Shown: positions 42,358-53,223 of the stretch, one piece after another
Layout: each line of letters begins with the position of its first letter
Position numbering within the stretch: position 1 is the first letter of the stretch
Source: an uncultured Candidatus Rokubacteria bacterium
GTDB lineage: Bacteria; Methylomirabilota; Methylomirabilia; Rokubacteriales; CSP1-6
Direction of reading: 5' to 3'
Length of the DNA stretch: 64,000 nucleotides
Assembly (NCBI GenBank): GCA_963754315.1
Contig: CAVWFS010000006.1
Span: forward strand, 1 to 64,000
Made by a program: the position numbers and the translations under genes
Notes under the pieces: model-generated
Seen by the model: only the letters and a program-made list of their open reading frames with translations
What the model was told of the DNA's origin: nothing
The model's database searches: none

Positions 42358-42385
42358 CGCCTATTGGACCAAAGTCCAATAGGCG
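42358..42385. promoter_or_regulatory. Perfect palindrome CGCCTATTGGAC-CAAA-GTCCAATAGGCG, candidate transcription factor site
   Basis: 12-bp arms, upstream of the ndvB-like gene. The core TGGAC-N4-GTCCA recurs at 46829. Confidence 0.55.
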
Positions 42386-42401
42386 CACTCCTTACGTGGA
42401 G

Positions 42402-42662
42402 CTATGCCGCGTGCGCCCGTGCAGGTGATCCTAGCTGATTGCTCATCGCGATCCGGTAGAGGACCCACCCGCTGACGTCCTGACCGCCGACGCGCTCAGC
42501 CCGCTCGAATAAGCCCGGCCGGCTTGTTGGCGAGGTCGGTGGATACTCCAAGAGCACCGCCCTCCGACCGAGCAGTACGGCCTCCGCTGGTAAGGGAGCC
42601 TCGATGTCGTAACGAGCCAAAATCCTTCGCCTCTCGTGGTAGAACTCCATCAGCCACTTCAT
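42402..42662 (-). CDS. Hypothetical protein (86 aa)
   Basis: GAGGAGG RBS and plausible composition. No recognised domain. Confidence 0.6.
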   Translation of the reverse strand: MKWLMEFYHERRRILARYDIEAPLPAEAVLLGRRAVLLEYPPTSPTSRPGLFERAERVGGQDVSGWVLYRIAMSNQLGSPARAHAA

Positions 42663-42841
42663 CGGTAACCTCCTCGTACGAGCCTGTCAGTCCCGCGAGG
42701 CCGACAGCCGGGAAAAGAATCCGGACGGTGTTTCAACCGCTCCTGCGAACTCGCGGCCGGCTCTTCTCGCGGAAGCTCGTGGCGGCCCTTCACCGGTGCA
42801 TCGTGTTCTTCCGATCACGCGCGGAGGTTCCAAGCCTATCC

Positions 42842-43126
42842 TCACTTCCGCCGCCTGCGACGGGTTTCGCTAGCTCTCTTCTCCACCGATCCTCCTCGAC
42901 GGGTACCCCCCCGGACGTGACGAACCTCCCTGGCCTGTCTCTCCACGTTAGTGAGGAGAGCGGGGTCATCGCCGCGCTTCAGCCCCTCCCCGATGAGGGC
43001 CCGGAGAACAATCTGCAGACTCACCGGGAGCTTGAACGTGGCCGTCGCGTTCCCGGCCAGGACCCGGGCCCGATCCAGAAGGTCCCGGGGGAGAATGAGG
43101 AGGACTCTGGTCGTATTCGCGAACAT
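42842..43126 (-). CDS. Hypothetical protein, possible ribbon-helix-helix regulator
   Basis: AGGAGG RBS. TTRVLLILPRDLLDRARVLA...SLQIVLRALIGEGL suggests a strand-helix-helix pattern. Confidence 0.55.
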   Translation of the reverse strand: MFANTTRVLLILPRDLLDRARVLAGNATATFKLPVSLQIVLRALIGEGLKRGDDPALLTNVERQAREVRHVRGGTRRGGSVEKRASETRRRRRK

Positions 43127-43185
43127 CGCTCCTCCTGTTTTCGGGTGGGCCACCCCGTCCTTCGGTCGGACGCGAGGCCGAGCCA

Positions 43186-43235
43186 TTCTTATATAAGTTA
43201 TTCTTGTTATATAATTTATCTGTGATATATATATG
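43186..43235. promoter_or_regulatory. AT-rich divergent promoter/operator with two TTATATAA palindromes
   Basis: Strongly AT-rich patch in GC-rich DNA. TTATATAA at 43189 and 43207, and TATAAT is present. Confidence 0.6.
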
Positions 43236-43292
43236 AAGTCAACTGAAAGAACCATCCAAAGGTCGGGGGCGCCAACGCGAAGGAGGAGAGTC

Positions 43293-43562
43293 ATGGATTT
43301 CGCAATGGTCGCGACGTGGGTTTTTGTGGGGCTGCTGGCCGGGTGGCTGGCGGGGTTCGTGATGAAGGATGGAGGGTATGGGCTCGTCTGGAACCTCGTC
43401 CTCGGACTCGTCGGGAGCAGCGCGGCGATCGTGATCCTTTCGGTCCTGGGCGTCGCTCCGGACGCGGGGACGTTCGCGACGGCCGTGGTCGCGTTCATCG
43501 GCGCGGCCCTCGTGATCGTGGCCCAGCGTAAGCTCTGGCCCGCCCCGCGCCTAGGAACGTGA
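43293..43562 (+). CDS. GlsB/YeaQ/YmgE (transglycosylase-associated) stress membrane protein
   Basis: [35 protein letters not shown]. Confidence 0.85.
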   Translation: MDFAMVATWVFVGLLAGWLAGFVMKDGGYGLVWNLVLGLVGSSAAIVILSVLGVAPDAGTFATAVVAFIGAALVIVAQRKLWPAPRLGT

Positions 43563-43680
43563 ACCGTCTACCCCAGGCGGCCGCGGCGCGCGGCGCGCTG
43601 CGCCGGGGCCGGCCAGGTCGAACCGCGATCGGGTCCCGCGGCCTGGCCAGGGCGAAGTCCACCACAGGAGGAAAGAGGGT

Positions 43681-43968
43681 ATGAAGATCCGCCCGTTGCA
43701 CGATCGCATTCTGGTCACGCGCGTCGCGGCGCCGGAGGTTGGCCGGCACGGCATCATCATCCCGGACACGGCGAAGGAGAAGCCCCAGGAGGGCACGGTC
43801 GTCGCGGTCGGGAACGGCAAGGTGACTGAGGACGGCAAGAGGATCGCCTTGGACGTGAAAGCCGGCGACCGGATTCTGTTCGGCAAGTACTCCGGGGGCG
43901 ACGTGACCGTCGAGAATAACGAGTACGTCATCATGCGGGAGGAAGATGTGTTCGCCATCCTCAAGTAA
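43681..43968 (+). CDS. groES: Co-chaperonin GroES
   Basis: [12 protein letters not shown]...[15 protein letters not shown]...FGKYSG. Confidence 0.97.
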   Translation: MKIRPLHDRILVTRVAAPEVGRHGIIIPDTAKEKPQEGTVVAVGNGKVTEDGKRIALDVKAGDRILFGKYSGGDVTVENNEYVIMREEDVFAILK

Positions 43969-44016
43969 GCAGGGTTGAGGAAGGACGACGCATCACCCCG
44001 ATCAAGGAAGGACTGA

Positions 44017-45642
<1,626 letters not shown>

Positions 45643-45651
45643 CGGTTCGGA

Positions 45652-45678
45652 GGAGGCTCCGTGAAACGCGGAGCCTCC
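45652..45678 (+). terminator. Hairpin after groEL (possible terminator)
   Basis: GGAGGCTCCGTG-AAA-CGCGGAGCCTCC stem-loop with only a weak U-tract. Confidence 0.5.
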
Positions 45679-46064
45679 GTTCCCCCGAACATACGTCGGT
45701 GCCGGCCTTTCCCACCCTACGCTCGTCACAATGGGTGCCCCAGGCCGGCCGGGGGCTGCGGCCGTAGGCCGCCGAGCCGCCGGAAGTGAGGAGATCGGGC
45801 GGCGACCCGATCCCGTGACGAGACGAGCCGGAGCGATGGGCATCGCAAGCGATGGTGCCACCGAGTCCGACGCTTCTCGCTCGCTATCGGCGCGGTGAGT
45901 AGGCCCCTCTGGGAGAAGTCCCAAGCGGTCGCCCGGACGGTGAGGACGGCTCGCGCTAGAGCTGGATAGCTAACTCTGAGAGCGTTCACCGGCGGACGAT
46001 GCCTCCGTAGGTACGTGTCACCTGGCTGACCCGCTGATGACTTTGGTTTTGAGAGGAGTACGAC

Positions 46065-46409
46065 ATGGCCATGCCGCACAAAGGTGTGATTGTTTTCGCC
46101 CTGATGCTCCTCGTTTCGCTCGCCGGTCTGCGGACGGCCGACGGCCAGGTCCCCACCGCTGCCGACTTCACCGCCTGCAATGAAGAAGCGCCCCAAGTGG
46201 TCAAAGCAGGAACTGCCTCACCGATTGTGGCCGACCACAGCAGGGCCGATCGTGAGCGCGCCGGCGCCATGACGACGGACTCCCGAGCCATCAGGGGCAA
46301 AGTCGTCGAATCGCCCGATCCACAAATCCACGGTATGGCGGTGGAAGGCGCAAAGGACGCCACGTATCAGGCCGCATATCGCAGTTGCATGAGACGGAAG
46401 GGGTTTTGA
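46065..46409 (+). CDS. Hypothetical exported protein
   Basis: GAGGAG RBS, signal peptide, two Cys and C-terminal YRSCMRRKGF. Confidence 0.7.
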   Translation: MAMPHKGVIVFALMLLVSLAGLRTADGQVPTAADFTACNEEAPQVVKAGTASPIVADHSRADRERAGAMTTDSRAIRGKVVESPDPQIHGMAVEGAKDATYQAAYRSCMRRKGF

Positions 46410-46826
46410 GCAGCACGAGCACGAGCCCATCATGTGACGTTCCCGCCAGGCCGCGCTAGGCTGGCGACCAGCCCGGCGGCAACGGGACGACGCCGGTGGT
46501 CATGGCAATCGGGATCGAGGTGGTGGGCTGCCTGGCGCTCGGTCTCCGGCGCCGTGGCCATCCCCGTGATCTTTCCCCCGGACAGGCGAGGCTCTCCACG
46601 AACCCTCCGCCGACCGGATCGCTGCCTAACATCACGAGGGGATAGTGTTCGTCGCCTCCTTCGCCGCGTGGACGGCTCCCGCACTCACTGCCACGATGAC
46701 GTGCACGCGAAGTCCCACGAATTCCGGTGCTAGCTTAGCTAATGAAACCGCGGATGCTCCCGGGGCCGCGTGTTCACCGTGGGATGCCAGATAACTCTCT
46801 ACGGTTCGTCCTTCCCCGGTGATCGC

Positions 46827-46844
46827 ATTGGACTAAGGTCCACT
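46827..46844. promoter_or_regulatory. Second TGGAC-N4-GTCCA palindrome
   Basis: ATTGGACTAAGGTCCACT, about 70 nt upstream of the gene at 46913. Confidence 0.5.
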
Positions 46845-46912
46845 ACCGTGGTTAGGGCGAGGGGTAGAGAATGGTGCTGTAGCCACCCGAGCGGGATCCG
46901 AGGAGGTGTCTT

Positions 46913-47326
46913 ATGCGAGTACCAGTGTGGATCAAACCAGCGGTCTGGGGCGCCGTCTTCGGTGCGGTGGGGATCATGATTGTCGGATTTTCCTGGATGG
47001 GCTGGACGCTCGGCCACACTGCCACGAGATTGGTGGCGGAAGGTCGTGAATCCGCCATGGTCGCCGCGCTCACTCCCTTCTGCGTCGCGAATTACATGAA
47101 GCAGCCCGACGCTGCCAAGCAGCTTGCTCTGCTTAAGGAAGACACCTCGTCATACACACAGCGCGACATCATTGAGAAGGCTGGATTTGCAACTATGCCT
47201 GGCAATAAAGAACCAACTTCAGGGCTCGCGGCTGCCTGCGCAATCGCGCTCAAGACCGTAAGCCTTGCCGATCCAGAGCGGCGAGGGACAAGCGTAGCAG
47301 GCGGGGCTAACACCACGACGAAGTAA
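46913..47326 (+). CDS. Conserved hypothetical membrane-anchored protein (paralog of 32901-33251)
   Basis: AGGAGG RBS. GAVGIMIVGFSWMGW...FCVANYMKQPDAA...IEKAGFATMPG...ACA. Confidence 0.8.
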   Translation: MRVPVWIKPAVWGAVFGAVGIMIVGFSWMGWTLGHTATRLVAEGRESAMVAALTPFCVANYMKQPDAAKQLALLKEDTSSYTQRDIIEKAGFATMPGNKEPTSGLAAACAIALKTVSLADPERRGTSVAGGANTTTK

Positions 47327-47541
47327 TCCCTCCACTGCCGGGGGGTCCAAGGATCGCGTGGGCCCTCGTCGGATGGAAGGCCGAGCACGAGTGCGAAAGG
47401 TTCAGTGGCGATGCGATGCTTCGGTGTTTGGGGCCGGTCGCGGTCATCGTGGCCCCTCCTCCCCAGACCACAACTCTGGCGCCTTCTTCCGCGTTCCAGA
47501 GAGTGTCCTGAACAGCGGGAGACCTGCCGCGGAGGTGAGAC

Positions 47542-47832
47542 ATGGCGCATAAACTCTTCATTGGTGGTCTGTCCTTTGCCACGTCGAGCGAACGTCTTCG
47601 GGAGCTCTTCACCCAGGCCGGCACCGTCGAATCGGCCGCCGTCGTGATGGACCGCGACAGTGGCCGCTCGCGGGGCTTTGGGTTCGTCGAGATGGCCACG
47701 GCCCCAGACGCGGAGGCCGCGATGTCGAAGTTCAACGGCCAGGATGTTGATGGTCGAATCCTCACCGTCCAGCGCGCCAACCCCACTGGCGCGAGCGGAC
47801 GTGGGGGCGGGCGCCCCGGAGGACGCTGGTAG
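47542..47832 (+). CDS. RRM-domain RNA-binding protein
   Basis: RNP2 LFIGGL, RNP1 RGFGFVEM, Gly-rich tail and GGAGG RBS. Confidence 0.95.
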   Translation: MAHKLFIGGLSFATSSERLRELFTQAGTVESAAVVMDRDSGRSRGFGFVEMATAPDAEAAMSKFNGQDVDGRILTVQRANPTGASGRGGGRPGGRW

Positions 47833-47842
47833 CGGGCGCACC

Positions 47843-48052
47843 ATGCACGTGGTGGCGTTGTCTTCTGGCCTCAGCCCTGATTGGCGCTGGCGCATCATCA
47901 ACTACGAAGGCGAGACGGTCCGGGAATCGCAGCAGGCCTTCCCGACCATCGCCGCCGCGGTGGCCCATGGCACCCAGCGCCTCAACGAGATGGACGGTGC
48001 CAATCGCGCGGAAGTCGCCCGCGCGTTTCGGTGGAACCGCGGGCGACGCTAG
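47843..48052 (+). CDS. Small hypothetical protein
   Basis: Starts 10 nt after the RRM stop. WRWRII..EGETVRES...F.TIAAAV. Confidence 0.55.
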   Translation: MHVVALSSGLSPDWRWRIINYEGETVRESQQAFPTIAAAVAHGTQRLNEMDGANRAEVARAFRWNRGRR

Positions 48053-48894
48053 GCGATGCGATCGCTGCAGCCGGACACGGGTCACAGCGATTCTGGAACG
48101 ACACGCGGCCACACGCGACTTGACGATCGAGGCTGCTCTTGGAGCTCGACGCCGCGAGGTTCTGGTCCGCGGGCTGGCCACTGGTCCGCCGTCTTGCCCA
48201 TCAACGACGGGTTCTGTGTGGGAGAGTGCGCGCAACGCGCTCTCCCTGGGCTGGTTGTCCGCCGAGTCTGAGGGAATTGGGGCAGGTGTTCGCGCGGGAG
48301 GTAACCGTCGGGACTGAGCGGGGCGGGTTTCATCCCGCCCCTCCAGAACAGCGAGGGACCTTTCGTCGTGGGCGTGTGGGATAGCGAGAGCAGCCTCACG
48401 CCAATCGGCCTCTATAAGCGCGTTGAGGCCTGGACCGCGGCGGATGCCGCCCGGATCATCGCGCACACGCGAGGGCGCCACGGCGATCTGATGTGGCTGC
48501 GGATCTTGATCGGGGGACGCGGATGGACTCGCCGATCATCGGCATGAGCAACAGGACCTATCCAGCCCGAACACCCGGTAGTGAGTCAGTTTGGGGCTTC
48601 CCGCCCACGACCCGCTTGGCCAGCGCGCGGCGGGCCAGATCGAGCGTCATCGCATGGGTCGCCAGGAGGTGGCACAGCATCGCGTCCGCGTCACGCGCGT
48701 CGTAGCCGCATGGGATCTGCGGCCGGCCGTCCGGGCCGGTCCAGCGATAGCGAGTCGGGCCGGCTGGCTGGGGGTCAGCGAGGAAGGGGCCGGTGGGTCG
48801 GTCGCACAACATCATGCGAGGTTCTTGAGCGCCGCCTGCGCGGCCCACTTCGTCAGAGGACGGGTGACCATCGGAAGAAGTGTACCAAGGCCGC

Positions 48895-48945
48895 TGGTGG
48901 TGACGCCGGGACTCGAACCCAGACCCTCCCGCTTATATGGCGGGC
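48895..48945 (-). pseudogene. 3' half of a tRNA gene (anticodon arm, T-arm, ACCA end), a probable att site or disrupted tRNA
   Basis: Reverse complement reads CCCGC-CATATAA-GCGGG AGGGT CTGGG-TTCGAGT-CCCGG CGTCACC A CCA. The 5' half is replaced by an IS end. Confidence 0.7.
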
Positions 48946-49155
48946 TGTCCTTCGTCACAACTCCATGGCCGAGCTGTGCGGCAACGTATGTGATCGGCGC
49001 GTTGCGCGCGAGGAGCAAGCTCGCGAAGGTGTGCCGCAGGTCATAGACCCCGAAGACGGGCAGGCCGACGCCCCGGAGCACTCGGCGGAAGACCGAGGTC
49101 CCGACTCATATCCACGACGCGTGGTCGTGGGTCTTCGTGTCTTTCTCCCGTCCCA
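48946..49155 (-). mobile_element. IS481-like end fused to a tyrosine integrase remnant
   Basis: TGTCCTTCGTCACAACTCCAT at 48946, then VYDLRHTFASLLLARNAPITYVAAQLGH. The DNA is very similar to 17155-17440 but has an internal deletion. Confidence 0.75.
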
Positions 49156-49345
49156 GGCTCGGGCCTTCATGAGCCGCACGCTGTTCTTCGAGCGTCCCTG
49201 CTAGAAGAGACCAGGAGGGGGTGAAGGAGACGGAGCAGGGAGGGCGACATCGCGCTAGGATTGTCCGACCAGGCGAAGGCCATCCGCCTGCGCTTCTTGC
49301 GTGACTTGAAGAAGGGGCAGCTCGTGGAGGCGTTCCGGGGACACG

Positions 49346-50743
49346 ATGTCATTCATGTACGTGCCGGGGAAGGGCACGATGATCTACCTCGCCATCCGGG
49401 CACTCGCGCGCCTGCTCCTCTCGGTCTTCTATCACCGGGTCGAGATCGTCGGGCTCGAGCACGTCCCCGCGAGCGGCCCTCTCGTCATCGTCGCCAACCA
49501 CCACAACGCCCTGGTCGACCCTGCCCTCCTCGTGGCCGCCATCCCCCGCCAGCTCGTCCCGATCGCCAAGGCTCCGCTCTTCCGCCATCCGCTGGTCGGG
49601 CCGATCCTCCGGCTGGTCGGCGCCATCCCCGTCCACCGGCGCCAGGACGGACTGGCCGCCACGGAGCCCGCCCGCAACGCGCCCATGTTCGCCCGTGCCA
49701 TCGAGACCCTCCGCGGCGGCGCCGGCATCCTGATCTTTCCCGAGGGGATGAGCCAGCCGGAGCCGACCCTCATGCCGCTCCGCACCGGGGTGGCCAGGCT
49801 CGTCCTCGGCGCCGAGCGCGCCGAGCCAGGCCTCGAGGTCCCCGTGCTTCCCGTCGGCCTCGTCTTCCACCAGCCCGGAACGTTCCGGGCCGGGTGGGCT
49901 CTCGTGGTGATCGGTGAGCCGCTGAGGATGTCGAACGCCATCGCGCGCTTCGCGCATGATCCCGAGGAAGCCGTGCGCGACATGACCGACGCCATCGCCA
50001 GGGCCCTTCGTCGCCTCATTGTCGAGACCAGCGATCGTCAAACGCTGCGGCTGCTCCACCTGATCGAGACGCTCTGGCGCGACGAGACCGGCGCGGCGGC
50101 ACCGTCCGCCGCCCTCCGGGCGGAGCAGGTGCAGCGCGTGGCGCGCGCCAGCACATTCCTCCTCCCCCGGGTTCCCCAACGGGTGGAGTCGCTGCGACAG
50201 GCCCTCGAGGACTACGACCGTGACCTCGAGGCGGCTGGCATCAGCAGCGTCGAGGTGGGCCAGGCCTATCCCGTACGAGTGGTCGTCCGCTACGCACTCC
50301 GCGAGAGCCTGTCCCTCCTGCTCGGGCTGCCGCTGGCCCTCCTCGGCGTCGTCATGCACTACGTGCCTTACCGGCTCGCTGGCCGGATCGCTCGCTGGCT
50401 CGGCACGGAAGCCGACACCGTCGCGACCTACAAGCTCAGCGCGGGTATCGTCGTCTTCCCGCTGTGCTGGCTCGCCGAGGCCTGGCTCGCCTGGCTCTTC
50501 GCCGGCGGCTGGGGCCTCGGGGCCGTGCTGGCCGCCCTCGTGCCGTCCGCGTTCTTCGCCCTAGCCTGGCAGCAGCGCCTGGCGCGAGTCCGCCGCGAGG
50601 TGCGCGGGTTTATCCACTTCGTCCTCGATCGCGACCTGCATGAGCGGCTCGCGGCCCGGCGGCGCGCTATCATCGCCGAGCTGAGCGCCCTCGCCGCGCT
50701 TGTCCCTGAGGAGGTGCTCGCCGGCAAAGCTTCGAGCTCGTAG
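49346..50743 (+). CDS. PlsC-type (lysophospholipid/glycerol-3-phosphate) acyltransferase with C-terminal membrane region
   Basis: NHHNALVD (HxxxxD), IAKAPLF and IFPEG. The start may be 49379. Confidence 0.88.
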   Translation: MSFMYVPGKGTMIYLAIRALARLLLSVFYHRVEIVGLEHVPASGPLVIVANHHNALVDPALLVAAIPRQLVPIAKAPLFRHPLVGPILRLVGAIPVHRRQDGLAATEPARNAPMFARAIETLRGGAGILIFPEGMSQPEPTLMPLRTGVARLVLGAERAEPGLEVPVLPVGLVFHQPGTFRAGWALVVIGEPLRMSNAIARFAHDPEEAVRDMTDAIARALRRLIVETSDRQTLRLLHLIETLWRDETGAAAPSAALRAEQVQRVARASTFLLPRVPQRVESLRQALEDYDRDLEAAGISSVEVGQAYPVRVVVRYALRESLSLLLGLPLALLGVVMHYVPYRLAGRIARWLGTEADTVATYKLSAGIVVFPLCWLAEAWLAWLFAGGWGLGAVLAALVPSAFFALAWQQRLARVRREVRGFIHFVLDRDLHERLAARRRAIIAELSALAALVPEEVLAGKASSS

Positions 50744-50833
50744 AGATCGACGCCTCCGAGTCGATCGAGGTCGCGCAGGACGCCGAGCGTTCGATACCTC
50801 AGCGAGTGCGTGCGCGGGGCGACTCCTCGATCG

Positions 50834-51937
50834 TCAGGCTGGCTTGACGACCTTCGTGTGCACGTGCTCGATGTTGACCGCGATCCGGTCGCGATAGCGG
50901 CCGGTCCAATACTTCGACATTCCGGCTTCGTACTTCGGAGCGAGCTGATCGGCCACCTTCGACTTCATCTCGTCGAGCGTGGCGCGGTCGGCGGCGGCTT
51001 GCTTCACCGCCGCAATCAGATCCGCCAGGTAGTTCTTCAGGAACGTGATCTGGGCCTTCGGAGCGACGTCGCCGTGCCCGGGGATGATGTGCGTGAAGTC
51101 GAGCTTCTCGAGCGTGGCCAGCGACTGTACCCAGTCTTCGGGGTAGCCATCGCCGATGAACGGCATCCAGTCGACGACGGCGTCGCCGGTCACGAGGACC
51201 TTTTCTTTCGGCAGATAGACGAAGACGTCGCCGTTGGTGTGCGCACGACCGACCACGTGGAGCTGGATCTCGCGGCCGCCCTCGCGCAGTGTCGTGACGC
51301 CCCCGGGGACGCCGCGGGTCGGGGGGGCCGGTTTCATCTTCTTTAGCTCCTCGAGGTACGTCTCCGTCTGGCGCAGGTTCGATTGCACCCGGGCCTTCGC
51401 CTCCGCGTCTGACGTGCGCGCGACCTCCTCCTTGAGCTTCTCGATCTCCGCGGGCAGTGCCGCGATCTGTCTCTCGATGTGCGGGAGACCGCCGACGCCG
51501 GCATCCGGCTTCGTCATGTTCTGACGCGTCTGCTCGGACGCGATGATCTCGAGGGCGGGATACGCGCCCTTGTAGATCTCGTTGCCCTGCCAGTGATCCC
51601 AGTGGAAGTGCGTGTTGACGATCTTCTTCACCGGGTTCTTCGTGACGCCCTGAATGTCCTTGTAGAGCGCGGTAGCGGCCGACGGCTTCGAGTGCGTGTC
51701 GACGACGATGGCGCCGTCGTTCGTGAGGATCACGGCACTGTTCGAGTTAACCTTGTACGCGGGCCCGGCGAACGCCGCGTACACGCCGTCCGCGACCTTC
51801 TTGAGCTCGAAGAGGTTCTTCTCGTGCGTGGCGGCGTGCGCGTCCACGCTGCAGCAGATCTCGTGCGGGTCGAGGGTGTGGATGGTGGCGGCGGCGATGC
51901 CGAATTGCGCGAGCACCTGGCGGCGCGTCCAAGCCAT
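50834..51937 (-). CDS. MBL-fold metallo-hydrolase, probable Tat export
   Basis: MAWTRRQVL, NTHFHWDH, RAHTNGD and IIPGHG. GGAGG RBS. Confidence 0.88.
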   Translation of the reverse strand: MAWTRRQVLAQFGIAAATIHTLDPHEICCSVDAHAATHEKNLFELKKVADGVYAAFAGPAYKVNSNSAVILTNDGAIVVDTHSKPSAATALYKDIQGVTKNPVKKIVNTHFHWDHWQGNEIYKGAYPALEIIASEQTRQNMTKPDAGVGGLPHIERQIAALPAEIEKLKEEVARTSDAEAKARVQSNLRQTETYLEELKKMKPAPPTRGVPGGVTTLREGGREIQLHVVGRAHTNGDVFVYLPKEKVLVTGDAVVDWMPFIGDGYPEDWVQSLATLEKLDFTHIIPGHGDVAPKAQITFLKNYLADLIAAVKQAAADRATLDEMKSKVADQLAPKYEAGMSKYWTGRYRDRIAVNIEHVHTKVVKPA

Positions 51938-52049
51938 GGGAGGCCTCCTCGGGTGGTGAGGGTGATCGGCCGATCCGTTGACCGCGGTTGGCCGTGATCA
52001 TAGCTCAGAGCAAGGGCCTTTTAAAGGCCCTGTCACGCCGGTCAGCCCC

Positions 52050-52110
52050 TGTCCTTCGTCAAAACCCATCCGGCCTGCATCGAGACCGCTTGCGGTTTTG
52101 GCGATGGACA
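52050..52110. mobile_element. 61-bp miniature element consisting of two IS481-like ends
   Basis: TGTCCTTCGTCAAAACC...GGTTTTGGCGATGGACA, a 15/17 inverted-repeat match. Confidence 0.7.
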
Positions 52111-52270
52111 AGCGGTGCAGTGTCCGGGCAAGCTCCGGTGAGAGATCGACCTTCCGGCGCTAGCGGCTCGACCGGCCTCCCGGCTGGCGCATCCTTGGTG
52201 AGGGAGAGATGAGTTCAGGCGCGGTGGTAGTGCGCACGGGGAGCCGGCGGCGGTGGGGAGGGCTGGAAGG

Positions 52271-53092
52271 ATGAACAGAGTGGCCACCTTGATGCTCGGG
52301 GCTCTGCTCGGCGTCGTGGTCGGCGCCACTGACGCGCTGTCTGCGGACGGCGATCAGGACGCCACGGCCCAGGCGGATCTCGTCAAGCAGGCCAACGCGC
52401 CCATATCAAGCATTTTGCAGGTTCGACTCCAAGATAGCTATGCCCCTGAATTCCAGGGGCTAAATGGTCAAGGCAACGTGTTCTCGATAGCCGTGACCAT
52501 GCCCCTACCGGAATTTCGCCTGCTGCCCTTTTCCCAGCTTTCGCTCCTGACCCTGCCCGTCGCCGTCACCCTGCCCGGCGGCCTAACGGGGCTTGGCGAC
52601 CTGCGTCTGGCGAACATCGCCGTCTTCGAGGCCGGGCAGCGCATTCTGTGGGGAGTGGGAGGGTCCCTTGTATTTCCCACGGCGAGCACGCCGGAGACCG
52701 GTCAGGGCAAATGGCAAGCGGGACCGGCGGCCGCGATCGCGATTACGCCGGAGAACTGGCTGGTGGGCGTGCTCGCCCAGAACCCGATCTCTTTTGCCGG
52801 CGATCCTAACCGTCCCCCTGTGAATGCACTGTATCTCACACCTTTCGCGGTCTATCAGCTCGGCCGCGGCTGGTTCATCCGATCGCAGCCGCAGATAATC
52901 TTCAACTGGAAAAGTGGCAGGCAGGTCCTGCCCCTCGACCTCGGAGTGGGGCGTGTCTTCACAATCGGACGCCAAGACGTGAACCTCTTCGTCGAACCCT
53001 TCTGGAACATCTCGCACGACGGACCCGCGCCACGATACGGGATCACCTTTGGCATGTCGCTGTTGTATCCCAACTTTTGGCGAGAGCGATGA
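52271..53092 (+). CDS. Putative outer-membrane beta-barrel protein (GLGD/GQGKWQAGP family)
   Basis: Signal peptide, GLGDL, FPTAS...GQGKWQAGP and amphipathic beta-strands. Confidence 0.65.
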   Translation: MNRVATLMLGALLGVVVGATDALSADGDQDATAQADLVKQANAPISSILQVRLQDSYAPEFQGLNGQGNVFSIAVTMPLPEFRLLPFSQLSLLTLPVAVTLPGGLTGLGDLRLANIAVFEAGQRILWGVGGSLVFPTASTPETGQGKWQAGPAAAIAITPENWLVGVLAQNPISFAGDPNRPPVNALYLTPFAVYQLGRGWFIRSQPQIIFNWKSGRQVLPLDLGVGRVFTIGRQDVNLFVEPFWNISHDGPAPRYGITFGMSLLYPNFWRER

Positions 53093-53223
53093 GGGTTGCG
53101 GGGCCGAGATGACCTCTTGGATCTGCATGTCCTTCGGGGGCTGGCGAAGGGAGGCAGAGTAGATGCGCGCCGCGATCGCGGAGGAGAACGGTGCGCGGAT
53201 CGAAGCGAAGGGGGACCTGCCCA

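Noticed and set aside
45905..45925. TGGGA-GAAG-TCCCA as a third copy of the operator palindrome
   Set aside because: The core and spacing differ from TGGAC-N4-GTCCA, so the match is too weak.
48895..48945. Functional tRNA gene
   Set aside because: The 5' acceptor strand and D-arm are absent and U33 is missing.
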